From contig JBFWMF010000016.1 in the NCBI GenBank assembly GCA_050251735.1, positions 14,054 to 78,053 on the forward strand: 64,000 nucleotides of DNA, given 5' to 3'. This document shows positions 46,373 to 56,143 of this stretch, one piece after another (position 1 is the stretch's first letter; each line of letters begins with the position of its first letter). The notes beneath the pieces were generated by a model. The model was not told the DNA's origin. It made no database searches and saw only the letters and a program-made list of their open reading frames with translations. Position numbers and translations under genes: made by a program. The DNA comes from Desulfitobacterium sp. (GTDB taxonomy: Bacteria; Bacillota; Desulfitobacteriia; Desulfitobacteriales; Desulfitobacteriaceae).

Positions 46373-47323
46373 ATGAGTAAAGATGTTATCAGAATCTTAG
46401 AACGTAAGGCGAGAATCTTCAATGTTCAGAAATACTCCATCTATGATGGGCCTGGAATAAGAACGTTAATTTTCTTCAAAGGGTGTCCCCTAAGATGCAA
46501 ATGGTGTTCTAACCCCGAGGGCCTTGAACGAAAGTATCAGGTCATGTATAAAGAAGATTTGTGTATTCACTGTGGACAATGTATTGCTGTTTGTCCTGTC
46601 AACATTCACTGTGTTTCAGAGGAATCTAAGCATCATGTCATCCGAGATATCGATTGTATAGGTTGTCGTAAATGCGAAGAAATCTGTCCGAAGCAAGCGC
46701 TGTCCATCGCGGGAGAGGAAAAAACGATTTCCGAGGTTCTGGAAATCATCCAACAAGATGCGCTCTTCTACCTGAGTTCAGGTGGAGGAGTCACCCTTGG
46801 GGGAGGGGAAGTCACAGCACAGCCTGAGTTTGCCACCAATCTACTCATGGAATGCAAACGCATGGGAATTAATACAGCTATAGAAACCTGTGGCTACGTT
46901 AAGCTTGACTCGTTACTCATGATCGCCCAGTTTACCGATTTATTTCTTTATGACCTTAAGCACATCGACTCTGATCGACACTACGAACTTACTGGGGTAC
47001 GCAATGAACGTATTCTGGATAACCTGACGGAGCTAATCCGTCGCGGCTACCATGTGAAGGTCAGGATGCCTCTCATCAAAGGCATGAATGATAGTATTGA
47101 CACATTACGTCGCACCTTGGAATTTTTAAAGCCCTTCAAAAGTTGCAAAAACTTTCAAGGTATTGATTTACTACCCTATCATAAATTGGGCATTAACAAA
47201 TACAAGCAATTGGATAAGAAATACACAATCAACGAAGATCTGACCTATACAACAGAAGAGTTAGATCGTATTGCGGAGAGCATCAGAGAGTATGACATGA
47301 ATGTCAAGGTCATCAGACACTAA
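46373..47323 (+). CDS. cutD: Glycyl-radical enzyme activating enzyme (radical SAM)
   Basis: CPLRCKWCSNPE radical-SAM cluster plus two ferredoxin-like motifs, CIHCGQCIAVCP and CIGCRKCEEICP. Confidence 0.92.
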   Translation: MSKDVIRILERKARIFNVQKYSIYDGPGIRTLIFFKGCPLRCKWCSNPEGLERKYQVMYKEDLCIHCGQCIAVCPVNIHCVSEESKHHVIRDIDCIGCRKCEEICPKQALSIAGEEKTISEVLEIIQQDALFYLSSGGGVTLGGGEVTAQPEFATNLLMECKRMGINTAIETCGYVKLDSLLMIAQFTDLFLYDLKHIDSDRHYELTGVRNERILDNLTELIRRGYHVKVRMPLIKGMNDSIDTLRRTLEFLKPFKSCKNFQGIDLLPYHKLGINKYKQLDKKYTINEDLTYTTEELDRIAESIREYDMNVKVIRH

Positions 47324-47364
47324 GTTAGGTTAAGTACAAGGTTAAGAACGGATGGAGGGATTTT

Positions 47365-47718
47365 ATGAGTGCAGCAGATGAATTTGATCGTAAACGTATT
47401 ATTCAGGAGTATGTGCCTGGTAAGCAAGTTACCCTAGCTCATATCATCGCTTCCCCCGTACAAGACTTATATGAACGTTTGGGAATCGAGGAGCGAGGGG
47501 CCATAGGTATTTTGACCCTTACGCCGAATGAGACTGCAATAATAGCCGCAGATATTGCAACAAAAGCATCTGACGTTGAGATTGGTTTTTTAGACCGCTT
47601 CACAGGGTCCCTGGTCATATCAGGGGATGTAGCAAGTGTGGAAGCTGCCACCACAGCCATTAATGAAACCTTGGAGAAATTGCTAGGGTTTACTCCAGCC
47701 AAGATTACGCGCACATGA
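47365..47718 (+). CDS. eutS: Circularly permuted BMC shell protein (EutS/PduU type)
   Basis: [21 protein letters not shown]...[22 protein letters not shown], closely resembling EutS/PduU. Confidence 0.88.
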   Translation: MSAADEFDRKRIIQEYVPGKQVTLAHIIASPVQDLYERLGIEERGAIGILTLTPNETAIIAADIATKASDVEIGFLDRFTGSLVISGDVASVEAATTAINETLEKLLGFTPAKITRT

Positions 47719-48209
47719 AAAAACGCATTATGGTTGTCGGACCCACACAAGTGGGAAAATCGACTTTGGTCAACCGTCTCAATGAAAGTGATCGACCCTT
47801 GAAAAAAACCCAGGATGTTATTTATGGGAAACATACCATTGACACTCCTGGTTCCTATATAGAAAATGCTTCCATGTATAAATACCTAATTGCTACAGCA
47901 CAAACGGCATCCCATGTTCTGCTTCTGCTTGATTCATCCAGACCTGTTGAAGTATACCCGCCCAATTTTGCCAAGACCTTTACTTGTCCGGTTATTGGGG
48001 TAATCACGAAGGTCGATTTGGCCCCTGAAAATGCTGACTTATGTAGGCAACAGATGCAGCGCATCGGAGTTTCTGAACCCTACTTCTGGATTTCTTTAAA
48101 TGACGATATGGGTGTAGACGCTTTGAAAAAGTATCTTACAGTCGATTCGTCCGATGACTACAAGCAGAAAGACTCTTGTGTTTTTAATGTGGACGATAAC
48201 AATTCATAA
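47715..48209 (+). CDS. eutP: EutP/PduV-family small GTPase
   Basis: P-loop [10 protein letters not shown]; 164 aa; start overlaps the eutS stop. Confidence 0.85.
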   Translation: MKKRIMVVGPTQVGKSTLVNRLNESDRPLKKTQDVIYGKHTIDTPGSYIENASMYKYLIATAQTASHVLLLLDSSRPVEVYPPNFAKTFTCPVIGVITKVDLAPENADLCRQQMQRIGVSEPYFWISLNDDMGVDALKKYLTVDSSDDYKQKDSCVFNVDDNNS

Positions 48210-48248
48210 ATATAAAGTTAAAGATTTCAGGAAGGTTGAGGTGAGACT

Positions 48249-48917
48249 GTGAAATACATCACCGATAGGGAACTGCGCGATTTGTATAAAATAGAGCCAT
48301 TTACCACCTTTATTCTGGAACCGCAGATAAAAATCACGCCGGAAGCTCGCCAGTTTCTGGTAGACAGAGGAATCAAGATACAGAATCAGAACAGTGACGG
48401 TCATTGGACAAACAGTAGCGGAAAAAAACCGGAGCAGGGCCGCGAAAATTGGGGTGTGCTAAAGTTGCGAGGCAGAATGGAAACCATAGATTCCCTATTT
48501 CTGTTGGTAGCAGCAGATCTCCTAGCTAAAGGCGATAACCTATTGGCTGAAGATATCCTTACTTTAAGAAAATGTTTCTGCAAGGTACTAAAGTCTGAGC
48601 GAGAGCAGAAACCGCTAGAGCCTATACAATTTTGGGGATGGTCAGAAGGGGAAATCAGAGATTGCACTAACAGTTTGGAAAAACCCTTCGAGGTCAATGA
48701 GTTCCATGTCTGTCTGGAAAATGGCAAGACAATTGCTTTACTGAATCACTTGCGTGCTGCTCTCCGAGAAGTCGAACCAGCTATCTTGGAAGCACATGGG
48801 CAAGATGAGAAGCATGCTTGCTTGAGGCAGGACTTAATTGATCAAGTTAACTTAATTATCGATATAATTTGCATCATGATAGGGAAGTCTCTGGGAGGTC
48901 AAAAATGCAAACCATAA
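48249..48917 (+). CDS. BMC-associated protein of uncertain function (family often annotated as ethanolamine-utilisation cobalamin adenosyltransferase)
   Basis: GTG start. N-terminus MKYITDRELRDLYKIEPFTTFILEPQIKITPEARQFLVDRGIKI followed by a helical C-terminal part. Family assignment is from memory of similar N-termini and has not been verified. Confidence 0.4.
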   Translation: MKYITDRELRDLYKIEPFTTFILEPQIKITPEARQFLVDRGIKIQNQNSDGHWTNSSGKKPEQGRENWGVLKLRGRMETIDSLFLLVAADLLAKGDNLLAEDILTLRKCFCKVLKSEREQKPLEPIQFWGWSEGEIRDCTNSLEKPFEVNEFHVCLENGKTIALLNHLRAALREVEPAILEAHGQDEKHACLRQDLIDQVNLIIDIICIMIGKSLGGQKCKP

Positions 48918-49747
48918 ATTCAGCTTTTCAATATTGTGATCAACTTGTTCGTGATTTCGAAAAGGTCATTGAAAAACCTATCGTGGGGAAATCCTCTGTT
49001 TATTACACGGGGATTGACCTAGGAACAGCGTATATAGTGCTAGCAGTCCTTGACGAGAATTATCAGCCGGTAGCCGGTGCCTATCGTTTTGCCAATGTGG
49101 TAAAGGATGGAATGATCGTTGACTATATCGGTGCCATACGCATCGTCAAAGAGTTGAAGCAAGAGCTGGAGGAAAAGCTTGGCACAGAACTTATTTATGC
49201 CGCTGCGGCACTTCCCCCAGGAACCTTTACCCTAGATTCGGGTGCAATTAAACATGTGGTACAGGGTGCTGGATTTGAAATTACGAATCTGCAGGATGAA
49301 CCGACGGCCGCAAATGCAGTGCTGAAGATCAAAGATGGCGCAATTGTCGATATCGGCGGAGGTACCACGGGGATTGCCATTTTGAAGGACGGCGAAGTGA
49401 TTTATGTCGCCGATGAACCTACCGGTGGTACTCATTTCTCACTGGTCATTGCCGGAGCTTATAAGATGAACTTTGATGAGGCAGAGCTGTATAAACGGGA
49501 TGTCAAAAACCATAGGGAATTGGCCCACGTTGTCAAGCCTGTTGTTGAAAAAGTATCATCCATCATCAACCATCACGTATCTGAGTATTCAGTGGAAGGA
49601 ATCTATCTGGTAGGTGGAACCTGTTGCTTGGAAGGAATCGAAGATATCATCGCCAAGCAAACGCACCTCCCGACGTATAAACCTCAAAACCCTATGTTTG
49701 TGACACCGCTAGGTATCGCTCTGAGCTGCACACAGGAAATTCTATAG
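48905..49747 (+). CDS. eutJ: EutJ-like actin/Hsp70-fold chaperone
   Basis: ATG 48905 after GGGAGG (ORF track begins at 48869). GIDLGTAYIV, DIGGGTTGIA and GGTCCLEG are ATPase motifs. Confidence 0.88.
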   Translation: MQTINSAFQYCDQLVRDFEKVIEKPIVGKSSVYYTGIDLGTAYIVLAVLDENYQPVAGAYRFANVVKDGMIVDYIGAIRIVKELKQELEEKLGTELIYAAAALPPGTFTLDSGAIKHVVQGAGFEITNLQDEPTAANAVLKIKDGAIVDIGGGTTGIAILKDGEVIYVADEPTGGTHFSLVIAGAYKMNFDEAELYKRDVKNHRELAHVVKPVVEKVSSIINHHVSEYSVEGIYLVGGTCCLEGIEDIIAKQTHLPTYKPQNPMFVTPLGIALSCTQEIL

Positions 49748-49764
49748 ACAGGAGTGACTTACAC

Positions 49765-50076
49765 ATGGAATATCGAATCATAAAGTCCCCTTCCCAAGGG
49801 ACGGTTGATCTCCTTTTTAGGCGTAAAGGTTCGGCACCAAGCGTCGCTATCGAGAGCTATGATGCGATCGGTTTGGTGCAAGGGCGGATGATCGATATGG
49901 TTTTTGCCGCTGATGTCGCAGAAAAAGCAGCTGGGGTAGTCGTGGAAGATATTAAAGGACATTGTCCGCAGAACCTAATTATGATAGCAATCTTTGGCGA
50001 CACTGCATCGGTGGAAGCAGCAATTAAGGATATACGCTATAAATTACAAGAGGCCAAAGTAGGTGAGACCCCATGA
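49765..50076 (+). CDS. Divergent BMC-domain shell protein
   Basis: AIGLVQGRMIDMVFAADVAEKAAGVVVEDI...FGDTASVEAAI fits the BMC fold, with a 30-aa N-terminal extension. Confidence 0.7.
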   Translation: MEYRIIKSPSQGTVDLLFRRKGSAPSVAIESYDAIGLVQGRMIDMVFAADVAEKAAGVVVEDIKGHCPQNLIMIAIFGDTASVEAAIKDIRYKLQEAKVGETP

Positions 50077-50333
50077 TAGCTGCAAAGGTAATTGATAATA
50101 TATGGGCTACCCGCAAGGCCGAGTCCCTGAGAGGATTGAAATTCATGTTAGTGGAAGTCCTTGGCGGAATTGATGCCGGTCGTATTATGATCGCCGTCGA
50201 TACCATTAGCGCCGGCATCGGCGAACGCGTCCTTGTCTGTACCGGCAGTTCCGCTCGCAAGATGCTGGATTGTGAAAATACACCTATTGATGCCATTATT
50301 GTAGGAATAATTGACGAAGATTGTACGTTTTAA
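50073..50333 (+). CDS. eutN: BMC-P pentameric vertex protein (EutN/PduN/CcmL)
   Basis: 86 aa; MIAAKVIDNIWATRK...GERVLVCTGSSAR. Confidence 0.9.
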   Translation: MIAAKVIDNIWATRKAESLRGLKFMLVEVLGGIDAGRIMIAVDTISAGIGERVLVCTGSSARKMLDCENTPIDAIIVGIIDEDCTF

Positions 50334-50354
50334 GAAACCCGGAGGTGAGAAACG

Positions 50355-51683
50355 TTGGATTTAGTTAATATGATTAAGGATGCAGGGGTTATTGGAGCTG
50401 GAGGAGCCGGATTCCCAACTCACGCTAAACTAACCTCGAAAGCAGAGTATGTTTTATTGAATGGCGCCGAATGTGAACCTCTCCTGCGTGTGGATCAGCA
50501 ATTGATGGACCTCTATGCTGATGAAATTATCAAAGGGCTGGAGGCTGCAGGAAGATCTATTGAAGCTCGCAAAGCCGTTATTGGTATCAAGGGTAAACAT
50601 AAAGAAGTCATTGCTCGGATGCGCGCCCGAATAGCAGCTTTGGGACTTGCAAATTTCATGGAAGTTATGGAACTGCGGGATAGCTATCCTGCCGGTGATG
50701 AACAAGTATTGGTCTATGAGTTGACTCAAAGAATTGTACCCGAAGCATCCATCCCCTTGAAGGTGGGATGTGTAGTCATCAATGCAGAAACTGCACTCAA
50801 TATCTTCAATGCCATGTCCGGAAAGCCTGTCACGCATACTTACATTACTGTTGCAGGCGATATTCCTCACCCCATCACCGTTAAAGTGCCTGTGGGCGTT
50901 CCGATCCTCGATGTCATCAGGTTATCCGGTGTGGAAAATATCGATGACTATGCCATAATTGATGGTGGTCCCATGATGGGTCCGCTTCTGAACAGTGTTG
51001 AGGGCTATGTTACTAAAAAAAGCAAAGGTTATGTTCTGCTTAAGAAGGAACATTTCCTCATTCGTAAAAAATCAGTGAATTTGGATCAAGCACGGGTCAT
51101 CGGCAGAACAGCCTGTGAACAATGCCGCATGTGTACAGACCTCTGTCCGAGATATCTTTTGGGACATAATATGCAACCACATAAAGTTATGCGTGCTCTG
51201 AGCTACAATATTGAAGATCTTAAGGAATTACAAATCGCCCAATTATGTTGCGAATGCAATGCCTGCGAATTATTCTCTTGCCCAGCTAATCTCCATCCGA
51301 AATCGGTGAACATTTTATATAAGAAGAAACTCGCTGAACAAGGAATTAAATATCAGCCCATTCAAATGGATTTTCAAACTAGGTCGGCTAGGGAATATCG
51401 CTTGATTCCCAGCAAACGTCTTATCGCCAAGATCGGCCTTACAGTCTTTGATGTGCCAGCTCCGATGATTCAGATCGAATTCCGACCTAGATACATCGAG
51501 ATCGGACTGCGTCAACATATCGGAGCACCAGCAATTCCGGTGGTCGCGGTCGGCGACGAAGTGAAGGCAGGCCAGATGATTGGCAAGATTCCGGATAACA
51601 GCCTTGGGGCGGCCGTTCATGCCAGCTTAGCAGGTACGGTCGTAGAAGTTAAAGATAATTCTATTGTGATAAAGGTGGGTTAG
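50355..51683 (+). CDS. pduS: PduS/RnfC-like flavin Fe-S oxidoreductase
   Basis: TTG start after GGAGGTGA. GAGGAGFPT nucleotide motif and two 4Fe-4S motifs, CEQCRMCTDLCP and CCECNACELFSCP. Confidence 0.85.
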   Translation: MDLVNMIKDAGVIGAGGAGFPTHAKLTSKAEYVLLNGAECEPLLRVDQQLMDLYADEIIKGLEAAGRSIEARKAVIGIKGKHKEVIARMRARIAALGLANFMEVMELRDSYPAGDEQVLVYELTQRIVPEASIPLKVGCVVINAETALNIFNAMSGKPVTHTYITVAGDIPHPITVKVPVGVPILDVIRLSGVENIDDYAIIDGGPMMGPLLNSVEGYVTKKSKGYVLLKKEHFLIRKKSVNLDQARVIGRTACEQCRMCTDLCPRYLLGHNMQPHKVMRALSYNIEDLKELQIAQLCCECNACELFSCPANLHPKSVNILYKKKLAEQGIKYQPIQMDFQTRSAREYRLIPSKRLIAKIGLTVFDVPAPMIQIEFRPRYIEIGLRQHIGAPAIPVVAVGDEVKAGQMIGKIPDNSLGAAVHASLAGTVVEVKDNSIVIKVG

Positions 51684-51684
51684 T

Positions 51685-52233
51685 ATGTATAGAGCAATTG
51701 GTATGATTGAGCTTACGAGTGTTGCTAGAGGAATTTATGCAACAGACCAGATGCTCAAAACAGCTTACGTCGATGTGGTCAGCGCCACCCCTACCTGCCC
51801 GGGTAAATATATCGCTATTGTTCAAGGGGATGTTGCTGCTGTAGAAAGCTCGGTCAGCGTAGGTGCGGCAATAGCGGGAGAATATTTGGTAGATAGCTTC
51901 ATTCTACCCAATGTCCATCAAGGGGTTTTCCCAGCGATCACGGCAACAACTATGCCGGATGGAACTGGGGCGCTGGGAATCATGGAGTCCTTCTCCATGG
52001 CATCCATGATTACGGCGGCGGATGCAGCACTCAAAGCTGCTGATGTCCAAGGCTTAGAACTTCGTTTGGGCAGTGGACTTGGAGGCAAAGCGTATTTTAC
52101 TTTCACTGGGGATGTCGCAGCTGTTGAAGCAGGCATTGAAGCGGGTAAAGCTATCGCTATGGAAAAGGGACTACTTGTCGATATCGAAGTCATTCCTTCT
52201 CCATCTGAACGACTGTGGACATCGTTGTTCTAA
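51685..52233 (+). CDS. pduT: Tandem-domain BMC-T shell protein (PduT-like, Fe-S pore)
   Basis: 182 aa with two BMC repeats. The pore Cys in TPTCPGKY matches the PduT 4Fe-4S ligand position. Confidence 0.85.
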   Translation: MYRAIGMIELTSVARGIYATDQMLKTAYVDVVSATPTCPGKYIAIVQGDVAAVESSVSVGAAIAGEYLVDSFILPNVHQGVFPAITATTMPDGTGALGIMESFSMASMITAADAALKAADVQGLELRLGSGLGGKAYFTFTGDVAAVEAGIEAGKAIAMEKGLLVDIEVIPSPSERLWTSLF

Positions 52234-52284
52234 TAGAAGAGCATATACTTCTAAAACGATAAACCATCGAAAGGAGGTGTGATC

Positions 52285-52956
52285 TTGAAAAAACTAATTT
52301 GTGAAAACGATATGAAAGCAATAGCAGAAAAAGGACTAAAACTTCTCTGTGTAGACTTTGGTACGATTATTACTCCGTCCGCGAAAGATCTAGCCAATGA
52401 ATTAGGTATAGAAATAAGCATAGGACCAGCAGCTATGGTTAAAAACACCTGCAAAAACAGTGGTCTAGTCAAACCAGGAAAAGGGATAGACAGAGACGTA
52501 ATCTATCAATTGGTAAAAGCGGCATTGACCAACCGTATTCTGACAGGGAGTTCTGTGCCTGTGCTTGAAATGCCATTCCTTAGAGAGCGTGAACCGAAAA
52601 GTGGACTAAGAATTGTGCGTGGTAGGACAGTGAAACTAGAGAATTTTTACACAGGAAACCCCAGGGCTAAGGTAGCTTATCGAGAACTCATCAGTAAAGA
52701 TGAATCCCAAATGAGTGCTGGCTTTTTGACCATTGATAATTCTAGCTTCGACTGGGAATTGTGCTATGAAGAAATTGATATTATTTTGGAAGGAAGCCTA
52801 TCGATCACCATCAATGGTGTAACTTATGAAGCCTGCCAAGGGGATATTCTTTTCGTGCCGAAAGGTTCAAAAGTAACCTGGAGTTCATCGGGGTATGTCA
52901 AACTCTTCTACACGACTTACCCGGCAAACTGGTCTGATCTTATGGATCAACAATAG
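52285..52956 (+). CDS. eutQ: EutQ-like cupin protein
   Basis: TTG 52285, 7 nt after AAGGAGG (ORF track begins at 52279). C-terminal cupin YEEIDIILEGSLSITINGVTYEACQGDILFVPKGSKV. Confidence 0.8.
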   Translation: MKKLICENDMKAIAEKGLKLLCVDFGTIITPSAKDLANELGIEISIGPAAMVKNTCKNSGLVKPGKGIDRDVIYQLVKAALTNRILTGSSVPVLEMPFLREREPKSGLRIVRGRTVKLENFYTGNPRAKVAYRELISKDESQMSAGFLTIDNSSFDWELCYEEIDIILEGSLSITINGVTYEACQGDILFVPKGSKVTWSSSGYVKLFYTTYPANWSDLMDQQ

Positions 52957-52967
52957 GAGGATAGGCT

Positions 52968-53549
52968 ATGCAGGCTCTTGGCCTTATTGAGACACGCGGG
53001 CTCCTTCCAGCAATTGAATGCGCGGATGTCATGCTCAAAACGGCACAGGTTGAACTTATGGGAAGAACCTTTGTAGGTGGTGGTCTTGTGACAATTGCCG
53101 TAACTGGTGAAGTAGGTGCAGTTAAAGCTGCCGTTGAAGCAGGTACGATCGCAGTTGAAAAGATCAGTCATTCCTCATTAGCTTCACAACATGTCATTCC
53201 TAGACCGCATCCTGATATTGAGAGCATTGTCAGCGTGAGCGAAAACCCCGCTGAAGTGGATGCGCCCCCAGGATCAGATGATTCCTTGATCACAATTACT
53301 GTAGAAAGCATTGACCCTATGCCAATCAGCCTAAAGTACGCTAACAAAGAGGAAGTCGATGCAATTATTCAGAGTTTCGGCCTTGAAAAAGGGGTAGAAG
53401 CCTTAATAACTCTCTCAGTGGTAAAACTTCGCAATTTGGCTAGGGAATACAAAGAACTAGACATTGTCGGAAGAGCCATATCCAAAGCAAATAAAGAATT
53501 GCTTGTTCAGCAACTTAAGAGATATTACGAGAGGGGGGTGTCAGAATAG
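52968..53549 (+). CDS. BMC-H shell protein with ~100-aa C-terminal extension (PduK-like architecture)
   Basis: Canonical BMC-H for the first ~90 aa (ALGLIETRGLLPAIECADVMLKTAQV). The tail ends in LSVVKLRNLAREYKELDIVGRAISKANKELLVQQLKRYY. Confidence 0.85.
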   Translation: MQALGLIETRGLLPAIECADVMLKTAQVELMGRTFVGGGLVTIAVTGEVGAVKAAVEAGTIAVEKISHSSLASQHVIPRPHPDIESIVSVSENPAEVDAPPGSDDSLITITVESIDPMPISLKYANKEEVDAIIQSFGLEKGVEALITLSVVKLRNLAREYKELDIVGRAISKANKELLVQQLKRYYERGVSE

Positions 53550-53621
53550 ATCACGACCCAAGATGATTGCCTATGATACCGATCATAACTGGTATACGAA
53601 GGTGGAGGGAGGAGTAGCAAA

Positions 53622-55109
53622 TTGGAAAGTTTTGATTATGATTTACAATCTGTCCAAGAGACAAGAAATATCGCCCGCAAAGGCAAACTAGCCCAAACGG
53701 AACTTGCAAAATTCACTAGCGAACAGATTGATAGAATTATCCGAAATATGGTGAAGGTGGCCGAAGAAAATGCTATTTCTCTGGCCCAAGATGCGGTGGA
53801 AGAAACCGGATTTGGCAAAATTGAAGATAAGATTTTTAAAAATCGTTTTGCTTCCACGGAACTATATGATTTCATCAAGCCTATGCAAACTATCGGAGTC
53901 ATCAAAGATGATAAGGTCAACAAAGTCATGGAAATCGCTGAGCCCGTTGGACTGCTCATGGGGATCGTCCCCTCAACGAATCCAACCTCAACGACCATAT
54001 ATAAATCCATTATTGCCATTAAATCCAGAAACGGTATCGTATTTTCACCACATCCCTCTGCTCTAAAATGCACACTGCGGGCAGCCACGTTGATGAATGA
54101 CGCCGCTGTAGCAGCTGGAGCCCCAGCAAATATCATTAGTTGTATTTCGAAGCCATCCATGGATGCTACGAACGAATTGATGAAATGCGATGAAGTCGCG
54201 ATGATTATCGCCACCGGTGGGTCAGCCATGGTTAAGGCAGCTTATAGCGCGGGAAAACCTGCATTAGGGGTAGGGCCAGGCAACGTCCCAGCCTATATTG
54301 AGAGAACTGCCAATATCCGGAAAGCTGTTAAAAACATCATCGCCAGTAAGACCTTTGACAACGGAACAATCTGCGCTTCTGAGCAATCAGTTGTCGTAGA
54401 AGAATGCATCCGCGATCAGGTTATGGAAGAGTTTAAACGCCAAGGCGGTTACTTCATGACTCCCGCGGAAACAGACAAAGTCGCCAAAAACTTATTTGTC
54501 AAAGGACATGCCATGAGCGCGAAAATGGTGGGGAGATCCGCCGAAGTCATCGCCAAGGGTGCCGGAATATCTATTCCACCAGGAACAAAAGTATTGCTTG
54601 GCGAGCAACAGGGTGTGGGTGAAGGATACCCTTTATCCTATGAAAAGCTGACGACAGTGCTGGCGTTTTATACAGTAAAAGATTGGCAAGAAGCTTGCGA
54701 TTTGTGCATGAAATTATTGAATAATGGTGGGGTAGGCCATAGCCTCTCCATTCATACCGAGAATCCGGAAATGGCCATGAAATTCTCTGAAAAACCTGTG
54801 TTCAGAATACTGGTAAACACCTCTTCTAGCCAAGGCGGGGTGGGAGCAAGCACTGGACTTTCTCCAGCCTTTACACTAGGTTGTGGTACCTGGGGGGGGA
54901 GTGCAACGTCTGATAATGTCACACCCATGCACTTGATTAACATCAAGCGCATCGCCTATGGAATCAAAGACTTCACTGAAAGCAGCAATACACCCTATTC
55001 GGCCAGTGGGTTACAGTATGGGAACCCTTCTAGTGCCATCAGTGAGGACCAGATTCAGTCACTGGTGAACGAAGTTATTTCCTTACTACAACAAAGAGGT
55101 GACTGCTGA
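53622..55109 (+). CDS. CoA-acylating aldehyde dehydrogenase (catalytically competent paralog)
   Basis: TTG start after GGAGGGAGGAG. TFDNGTICASEQ with Cys251 (TGC at 54372-54374). C-terminal amphipathic helix EDQIQSLVNEVISLLQQ. Confidence 0.9.
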   Translation: MESFDYDLQSVQETRNIARKGKLAQTELAKFTSEQIDRIIRNMVKVAEENAISLAQDAVEETGFGKIEDKIFKNRFASTELYDFIKPMQTIGVIKDDKVNKVMEIAEPVGLLMGIVPSTNPTSTTIYKSIIAIKSRNGIVFSPHPSALKCTLRAATLMNDAAVAAGAPANIISCISKPSMDATNELMKCDEVAMIIATGGSAMVKAAYSAGKPALGVGPGNVPAYIERTANIRKAVKNIIASKTFDNGTICASEQSVVVEECIRDQVMEEFKRQGGYFMTPAETDKVAKNLFVKGHAMSAKMVGRSAEVIAKGAGISIPPGTKVLLGEQQGVGEGYPLSYEKLTTVLAFYTVKDWQEACDLCMKLLNNGGVGHSLSIHTENPEMAMKFSEKPVFRILVNTSSSQGGVGASTGLSPAFTLGCGTWGGSATSDNVTPMHLINIKRIAYGIKDFTESSNTPYSASGLQYGNPSSAISEDQIQSLVNEVISLLQQRGDC

Positions 55110-55752
55110 AGTGGGTAAGTATGAAGCTTTAGTAGACCTGCTCATGGAAGTGCTTAAAGAAGGGGGAGAACTTAAGCAGAACGACAACTCGATACCGGTG
55201 GGAATTTCAAACCGACATATTCATCTTTCCCAAACGGATTTAGACACCTTGTTTGGAGTGGGATACCAATTAACGAAAATTAAGGACCTATCCCAACCTG
55301 GGCAATATGCCTGCAAGGAAACAGTGACGATCTGCGGACCAAAAGGTGCGATCGAAAAGGTTCGCATCCTCGGCCCAGTGCGAAGAGAATCTCAAGTTGA
55401 GATCCTTCAGACAGATAGCTTTAAACTAGGTGTAAACACCCCGGTGAGACTGTCTGGTGAGCTGCAAGGAACTCCGGGAATCACGATCATTGGCCCCAAA
55501 GGCAGCGTCCTTCTAACCAAAGGTCTCATCATAGCTCAGCGACACATTCATATGTCCTTAGAAGATGCCAGACGCCTTGGTGTAACCAATGGAGAACAGG
55601 TAACCATACAGATTAGCGGACTACGTGGAGGAACCTATACGAACGTGGCCATTAGAGCCAATAACACCTCGAGTCTTGAATGCCATATCGATACGGATGA
55701 AGCCAATGCGATGAATCTCGTATCCACATCAAAAATAACAATAATAAAGTAA
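55099..55752 (+). CDS. pduL: PduL-type phosphotransacylase
   Basis: Two PduL repeats with SNRHIHLS and AQRHIHMS. N-terminal amphipathic helix YEALVDLLMEVLKE. Start is GTG 55099 or 55111. Confidence 0.9.
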   Translation: MTAEVGKYEALVDLLMEVLKEGGELKQNDNSIPVGISNRHIHLSQTDLDTLFGVGYQLTKIKDLSQPGQYACKETVTICGPKGAIEKVRILGPVRRESQVEILQTDSFKLGVNTPVRLSGELQGTPGITIIGPKGSVLLTKGLIIAQRHIHMSLEDARRLGVTNGEQVTIQISGLRGGTYTNVAIRANNTSSLECHIDTDEANAMNLVSTSKITIIK

Positions 55753-55771
55753 ATTTTAGGAGGAAATTAAA

Positions 55772-56062
55772 ATGAGTAAAACAGAAGCATTAGGATTAAT
55801 CGAAACTAAAGGTCTTGTAGGGGCTATTGAAGCAGCAGATGCTATGGTTAAAGCAGCTAACGTTTATCTGATTGGCCGCGAATTTGTCGGTGGTGGGTTG
55901 GTGACTGTTATGGTAAGAGGAGACGTCGGAGCTGTAAAAGCAGCTACTGATGCTGGGGCTGCCGCTGCTCAACGAGTCGGAGAATTGATTTCAGTCCATG
56001 TCATTCCTCGTCCACATAGTGATGTAGAGATGATCCTCCCAGTTAAAGCAGAAGTACAGTAA
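55772..56062 (+). CDS. BMC-H shell protein (PduA/EutM-like)
   Basis: [26 protein letters not shown]...[10 protein letters not shown]. Confidence 0.92.
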   Translation: MSKTEALGLIETKGLVGAIEAADAMVKAANVYLIGREFVGGGLVTVMVRGDVGAVKAATDAGAAAAQRVGELISVHVIPRPHSDVEMILPVKAEVQ

Positions 56063-56143
56063 TCATTGAACAGGTGGTAGGGTAGATGGCTAATACATTT
56101 AAAAGTTATCTACCCTCAGTGCCACGGCAACTTAGGTCAATAG

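Noticed and set aside
48249-48917. Presence of a protein family often annotated as cobalamin adenosyltransferase in a B12-independent glycyl-radical microcompartment, considered as a paradox worth flagging.
   Set aside because: The annotation is from memory and probably reflects genomic context in eut loci rather than demonstrated activity. I cannot verify adenosyltransferase motifs by eye, so no claim is made beyond unknown function.
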